This document shows positions 60,154-64,000 of a DNA stretch of 64,000 nt, piece by piece (the stretch's first letter is position 1; each line of letters opens with the position of its first letter). The notes beneath the pieces were generated by a model. That model did not search any database. It worked only from the letters and a program-made list of their open reading frames with translations, and was not told the DNA's origin. The translations under genes and the position numbers were made by a program. Source of the DNA: Gemmatimonadota bacterium (lineage in GTDB: Bacteria; Gemmatimonadota; Gemmatimonadetes; Gemmatimonadales; GWC2-71-9); contig JBGQFX010000009.1 of the NCBI GenBank assembly GCA_041497135.1, forward strand, positions 128-64,127, given 5' to 3'.

Positions 60154-61901
60154 CCCTCGAGCTCGCGCTGCTGCGGGCGGTGGCGCTTGGCGCGCTGCTC
60201 CTCCTGCTCGTCAATCCGGTGCGCTCGCGGCCCGGAGGAGCGAGCGCGCCTCCATTGGTCCTGCTCGACGCCTCGCTCAGCATGGCCGGTGCGAACGGGG
60301 TCTGGCGCGCCGCCCTCGACTCGGCGCGGCGGCTGGCGTCGGGAGGTCTGATCTGGCGCTTCGGCGATGGCGTCACCGCCTTCGACACCGGCGCTCCAGG
60401 CGCCGGCCGCAGTCGCCTCGGTCCGGCGCTCGCCGCCGCCGCCGGCCGAAGCGGGCCGACTACCGTGGTGACCGACGGCGCCATCAGCGACTCGGCGGAT
60501 GTTCCGGACGATCTGCGGCGTAGATCCCGGATCGTGGTGTTGCCCCGGGCGTCGTTCTTCGATGCGTTCGTCACCTCCGTAGATGGGCCGCGCCGTGTCG
60601 CGGTGAGAGACACGGTTCGCCTGCGGGTGGCGTACGGAACGGCAGGGACGAGGGACGGGAGAGGAGGGACGAGCGGGGCGAGCCCCTCGATCGTGGTGTC
60701 CGTAGATGGTCGTAGTCTTCTTTCCCGGCGCATCCCGTTACCCGACAGTGGCGTGTTGGTCACCGAGCTCACGCTTCCCTCGTCCCTCGTCCCCCATCCC
60801 GGTCTCAACGCACTCGAGGTTCGGCTGACGGGCGTTACCGACGCCGAGCCGCGCGACGACGCACGCTGGTTCGTGTTGGACGTGAGCCCGCAACCGACGG
60901 CGGTCGTGCTGGCTTCGCCGCCCGGGTGGGAGGCGCGCTTCTTCACCAAAACGCTGGCCGACGTGGCGCGTGTCCCCGTGAAGCTGTTCGTGGAGACGGA
61001 GCCGGGCCGCTGGCGTGACGCGGCGACCCTGGCGCCGGCGTCGGCCGATGCGGTTCGGCGGGCCGCGTCCGGGGCGCGCCTCGTCGCCCTGCTCGGCGCT
61101 CCAGATCGTGTCGCCCCGTTTCGGCGACCCAGCGGGGTCGTGTGGTGGCCGCTCACCGGGGCGTCCAGCGGCGACTGGTATGTCGATCCACCTCCCGCCT
61201 CGCCGCTCGCCGGCATGCTCGCCGGCCTGGCCTGGGACTCCCTGCCTCCGGCGACGGCGGTAAACGAGATCTCTGGCGCCGCGGACGTCTCGGTCTTGCT
61301 CACGGCTCGACTCGCCCGTCGCGGTCCCGCCCGGCCGCTCGCGGTGGTGCGCGATTCGGAGGGGACGCGGGTCGTGACGGTGGCGGGTGCGGGGCTGTGG
61401 CGGTGGGGGTTTCGGGGTGGTGCGTCAGCGGAGGCATATCGCGCATTCGTGGGGGCGGTGGCCGATTGGCTGCTGGCGGAGCAGGGAGCGGGGAGCCGGG
61501 AGCGGTTCGGGCCGGCGACGCTCGAAGCGCCGAATGGTGTGCCGCTGGGTTGGCGCTGGTTTGGCCGCTCGGTCCCGCGCCCCGTCCAGGTGAGGCTCGA
61601 ATCGGAGCTCGCGCCGGTCACAGAGACACTGCATTTCGACGCGGCCGGGCGCGCTGAGCTGCTGTTGCCTCCGGCCGTATACCGGTGGGGTGCGGTGGAC
61701 GGACCGGAGCGCGGCGTGGTCGCCGTCGAGCGCTATTCGGACGAGTGGCGCCCGGCCCCCCCCGTGGTTTCGGCGCAGCGGGGGGAGCCGGCGCGCTCAC
61801 GGCGCGACGTCGCGGCGCGCGACCAGTGGTGGTTGTTCGCCCTGGTATTGGCAGCGTTCGTCGGCGAGTGGGTCTGGCGGCGGCGCCAGGGGCTTCCCTG
61901 A
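60138..61901 (+). CDS. Membrane protein with degenerate vWA-like region
   Basis: N-terminal TM (LLLLLVNP), LLDASLSM (DxSxS) and VTDG, C-terminal TM plus EWVWRRRQGL. Confidence 0.8.
   Translation: MRRRLTLELALLRAVALGALLLLLVNPVRSRPGGASAPPLVLLDASLSMAGANGVWRAALDSARRLASGGLIWRFGDGVTAFDTGAPGAGRSRLGPALAAAAGRSGPTTVVTDGAISDSADVPDDLRRRSRIVVLPRASFFDAFVTSVDGPRRVAVRDTVRLRVAYGTAGTRDGRGGTSGASPSIVVSVDGRSLLSRRIPLPDSGVLVTELTLPSSLVPHPGLNALEVRLTGVTDAEPRDDARWFVLDVSPQPTAVVLASPPGWEARFFTKTLADVARVPVKLFVETEPGRWRDAATLAPASADAVRRAASGARLVALLGAPDRVAPFRRPSGVVWWPLTGASSGDWYVDPPPASPLAGMLAGLAWDSLPPATAVNEISGAADVSVLLTARLARRGPARPLAVVRDSEGTRVVTVAGAGLWRWGFRGGASAEAYRAFVGAVADWLLAEQGAGSRERFGPATLEAPNGVPLGWRWFGRSVPRPVQVRLESELAPVTETLHFDAAGRAELLLPPAVYRWGAVDGPERGVVAVERYSDEWRPAPPVVSAQRGEPARSRRDVAARDQWWLFALVLAAFVGEWVWRRRQGLP
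60644..60801. repeat. Inverted pair of heptamer tandem arrays within a CDS
   Basis: AGGGACG-type x4 at 60644-60671 and the complementary CGTCCCT-type x4 at 60774-60801. Confidence 0.7.
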
Positions 61902-62752
61902 TGGGACTGTGGCAGCGCCTCGCCGGGCCATTCGGCCGAGATGATGCTGCGGCCGTCGACGACGCGGAGCAGATTCTGCTCGAAGCCGACTTCGGCGTGG
62001 ATGCGACGCAAGACCTCATCGACGGTTTGCGTCACGCGCCCCGCGACCAGCGCGGCGAGTATTTGGAGCGCGCCGTCGTGGAGCTGCTCGACGGGACTCC
62101 CGATCCGGGCGCCCTGGCGCGAGCGACGGAGCCGCCCACCGTGATCCTGGTCTACGGGGTGAACGGCGCCGGCAAGACGACCACCGTCGCCAAGCTGGCC
62201 CATCGTCTCGGTCGGGAAGGCCGCCGGGTGCTGCTGGCCGCGGCCGACACGTTCCGCGCCGGCGCCGCGACACAGCTCGCCACCTGGGCGGAACGGCTCG
62301 GCGTGCCGTGCGTCGGGGCCGGCGGCGATAGTCGTGGGGATCCCGCCGCCGTCGCGTTCGACGCCATTGATGCCGCGCTTGCCCGCGGGTGCGACACGCT
62401 GTTGATCGATACCGCGGGCCGCCTCCACACGGAGGCGCGGCTGCTCGACGAGCTGAAGAAGATCGCGCGCGTGGTGGCCAAGCGCCGCCCGGGGGCGCCG
62501 CATGAATCGCTGCTGGTGCTGGACGGCACGGTGGGACAGAACGCCGTGCAGCAGGCGCGCGAATTCCACGGCGCAGTCCCGCTCACCGGTCTCGTGGTGA
62601 CCAAGCTGGACGCGACGGCGCGCGGCGGTGCCGTGGTGGCGGTGCGCCGCGCGGTGCCGGTGCCGATTCGCTTTGTGGGAACCGGTGAGGCGCTCGACGA
62701 TCTGGAGCCGTTTGACGCCGTGCGCTACGCGCGTCGGCTGGTTCGCGGCTAG
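61901..62752 (+). CDS. ftsY: SRP receptor FtsY, minimal NG form
   Basis: GVNGAGKTTT, DTFRAGA, DTAGR, TKLD, GTGE..DDL. Confidence 0.96.
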   Translation: MGLWQRLAGPFGRDDAAAVDDAEQILLEADFGVDATQDLIDGLRHAPRDQRGEYLERAVVELLDGTPDPGALARATEPPTVILVYGVNGAGKTTTVAKLAHRLGREGRRVLLAAADTFRAGAATQLATWAERLGVPCVGAGGDSRGDPAAVAFDAIDAALARGCDTLLIDTAGRLHTEARLLDELKKIARVVAKRRPGAPHESLLVLDGTVGQNAVQQAREFHGAVPLTGLVVTKLDATARGGAVVAVRRAVPVPIRFVGTGEALDDLEPFDAVRYARRLVRG

Positions 62753-64000
62753 ATGCCGCTCGAGCTCCGGGCTCCCGTCAAATTCCTGAAGGGTGTCGGG
62801 CCGCGCCGTGCCGAAGCGCTGGCGCGGCTCGGCGTGCGCACGGTGGGCGACCTGTTGTATCACGCGCCACACCGCTACATCGACGCGACGACTCTGACGC
62901 CGTTCGCCCGGGCGCGCACCGGCGACGAGATCACCGGGGTGGGTCGCGTCGTTTCCACCGGCATTCTGCCCACCCGGCGCGGCCTGCGCGTGTTCCGCGC
63001 GCTGCTCAAGGACGATTCCGGCCTGCTCGAGTGCGCATGGCCGGGCCAACCGTTCCTGGAGCGTCAGATCGTGAAAGGGCAGCTGCTGCTCGTGACGGGG
63101 CCGGTACGCTACTACCACGGCCGGCAGCTGGTGCCGCGTGAATTCCTGGTATTGGCGGATGAGCGCGAGGCGACGCCGGAGCGCGGGCTCATTCTGCCGG
63201 TCTATCCCGCCACCGAGGGGTTATCGCACAAACAGATCCGCGGCCTCCTCCATCAGCACCTGGATGCGTTGCTGCTGCTGGTGGTCGATCCCCATCCGGC
63301 GGCCCTGCGCACCGCGATCGGCGTCCCGGCGCTCGCCACGGCGCTCGCCACCGTGCACCGGCCGGCGACCCTGGACGAGGCCGAAGCCGGACGCCGCCGC
63401 CTGGCGTTCGACGAGTTCTTCGACCAGCAGCTGGTGCAGGCGCGTGCCCGGTTCCTCGCCAAGCGCGCCCGGGCCGGCATCCGCTTCACACTCAAACGGG
63501 AGCTGACGACCAAGCTCAAGGACCACCTGCCGTTCGAGCTGACGGCCGATCAGCGCCGTGCGATTCGCGAGATTGCCGACGACATGACCGCGCCCGAGCG
63601 GATGCATCGCCTGCTGATGGGCGACGTGGGCACCGGGAAGACCGTCGTGGCGCTGTTTGCGATGCTGTTGGCGGTGGAGAATGGCTACCAGGCGGCGCTC
63701 ATGGCGCCCACCGAGCTGCTGGCGGAGCAGCACCTGGCGACCCTCACCCGACTGCTCGAACCGCTGCAGATCCGGCCGGACCTTCTGGTGGGGCGAGGTA
63801 CGGCCGGGGAGAAGGCTGCGGTGCGGGACCGCGTCGCCTCGGGAGCATCACGGGTGATCGTGGGCACCCATGCGCTGATTCAGGAATCGGTCCGGTTCCA
63901 CCAGCTGGGTCTGGCCGTCATCGACGAACAACACCGCTTCGGAGTGGAGCAGCGCGCGGCGCTCGCCGGCAAGGGCGACGCGCCGGATGTGTTGCTCTTG
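62753..64000 (+). CDS. recG: ATP-dependent DNA helicase RecG (truncated at window edge)
   Basis: LKGVGP, wedge domain, LMGDVGTGKT, MAPTELLAEQH, IDEQHRFG. Confidence 0.96.
   Translation, partial: MPLELRAPVKFLKGVGPRRAEALARLGVRTVGDLLYHAPHRYIDATTLTPFARARTGDEITGVGRVVSTGILPTRRGLRVFRALLKDDSGLLECAWPGQPFLERQIVKGQLLLVTGPVRYYHGRQLVPREFLVLADEREATPERGLILPVYPATEGLSHKQIRGLLHQHLDALLLLVVDPHPAALRTAIGVPALATALATVHRPATLDEAEAGRRRLAFDEFFDQQLVQARARFLAKRARAGIRFTLKRELTTKLKDHLPFELTADQRRAIREIADDMTAPERMHRLLMGDVGTGKTVVALFAMLLAVENGYQAALMAPTELLAEQHLATLTRLLEPLQIRPDLLVGRGTAGEKAAVRDRVASGASRVIVGTHALIQESVRFHQLGLAVIDEQHRFGVEQRAALAGKGDAPDVLLL

Overview
GC-rich bacterial chromosomal window. Gene content and protein style suggest Gemmatimonadota (inference, no search run). 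From left to right: (1) 1-1344 is the right end of a probable tRNA-Met(CAT)-integrated element, with an edge-truncated Zn-binding gene missed by the ORF track, an HNH nuclease, candidate arm sites and a 3' tRNA fragment. (2) A 1364-aa Ig-repeat surface protein, a 107-bp inverted-repeat element, a GAF/PAS hybrid kinase and a flavin reductase. (3) A housekeeping run: tilS-hpt-ftsH-folP-cdaA-yggS-divIVA-PNP-ileS-dksA/traR-lspA-rluD. (4) The most interesting part, 23355-40512: a tightly coupled 17-gene cluster. A Firmicute/Thermotoga-style chemosensory pathway (CheW x3, Y, A, C, R, D, B) with no receptor in the cluster surrounds an MglA GTPase, three Roadblock/MglB domains, two DUF4388 proteins with MshEN-like motifs and TPRs, other TPR scaffolds, and a protein built from two tandem DnaA-type AAA+ domains that lacks the DNA-binding domain. 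(5) tRNA-Val, a TPR protein and tRNA-Asp. (6) The dcw cluster from rsmH to ftsZ, without mraZ, murB or ddl, followed by an M23 peptidase, an orphan hisA-like gene, a vWA-like membrane protein, ftsY and a partial recG. All calls come from motif recognition by eye; novelty claims need database checks.
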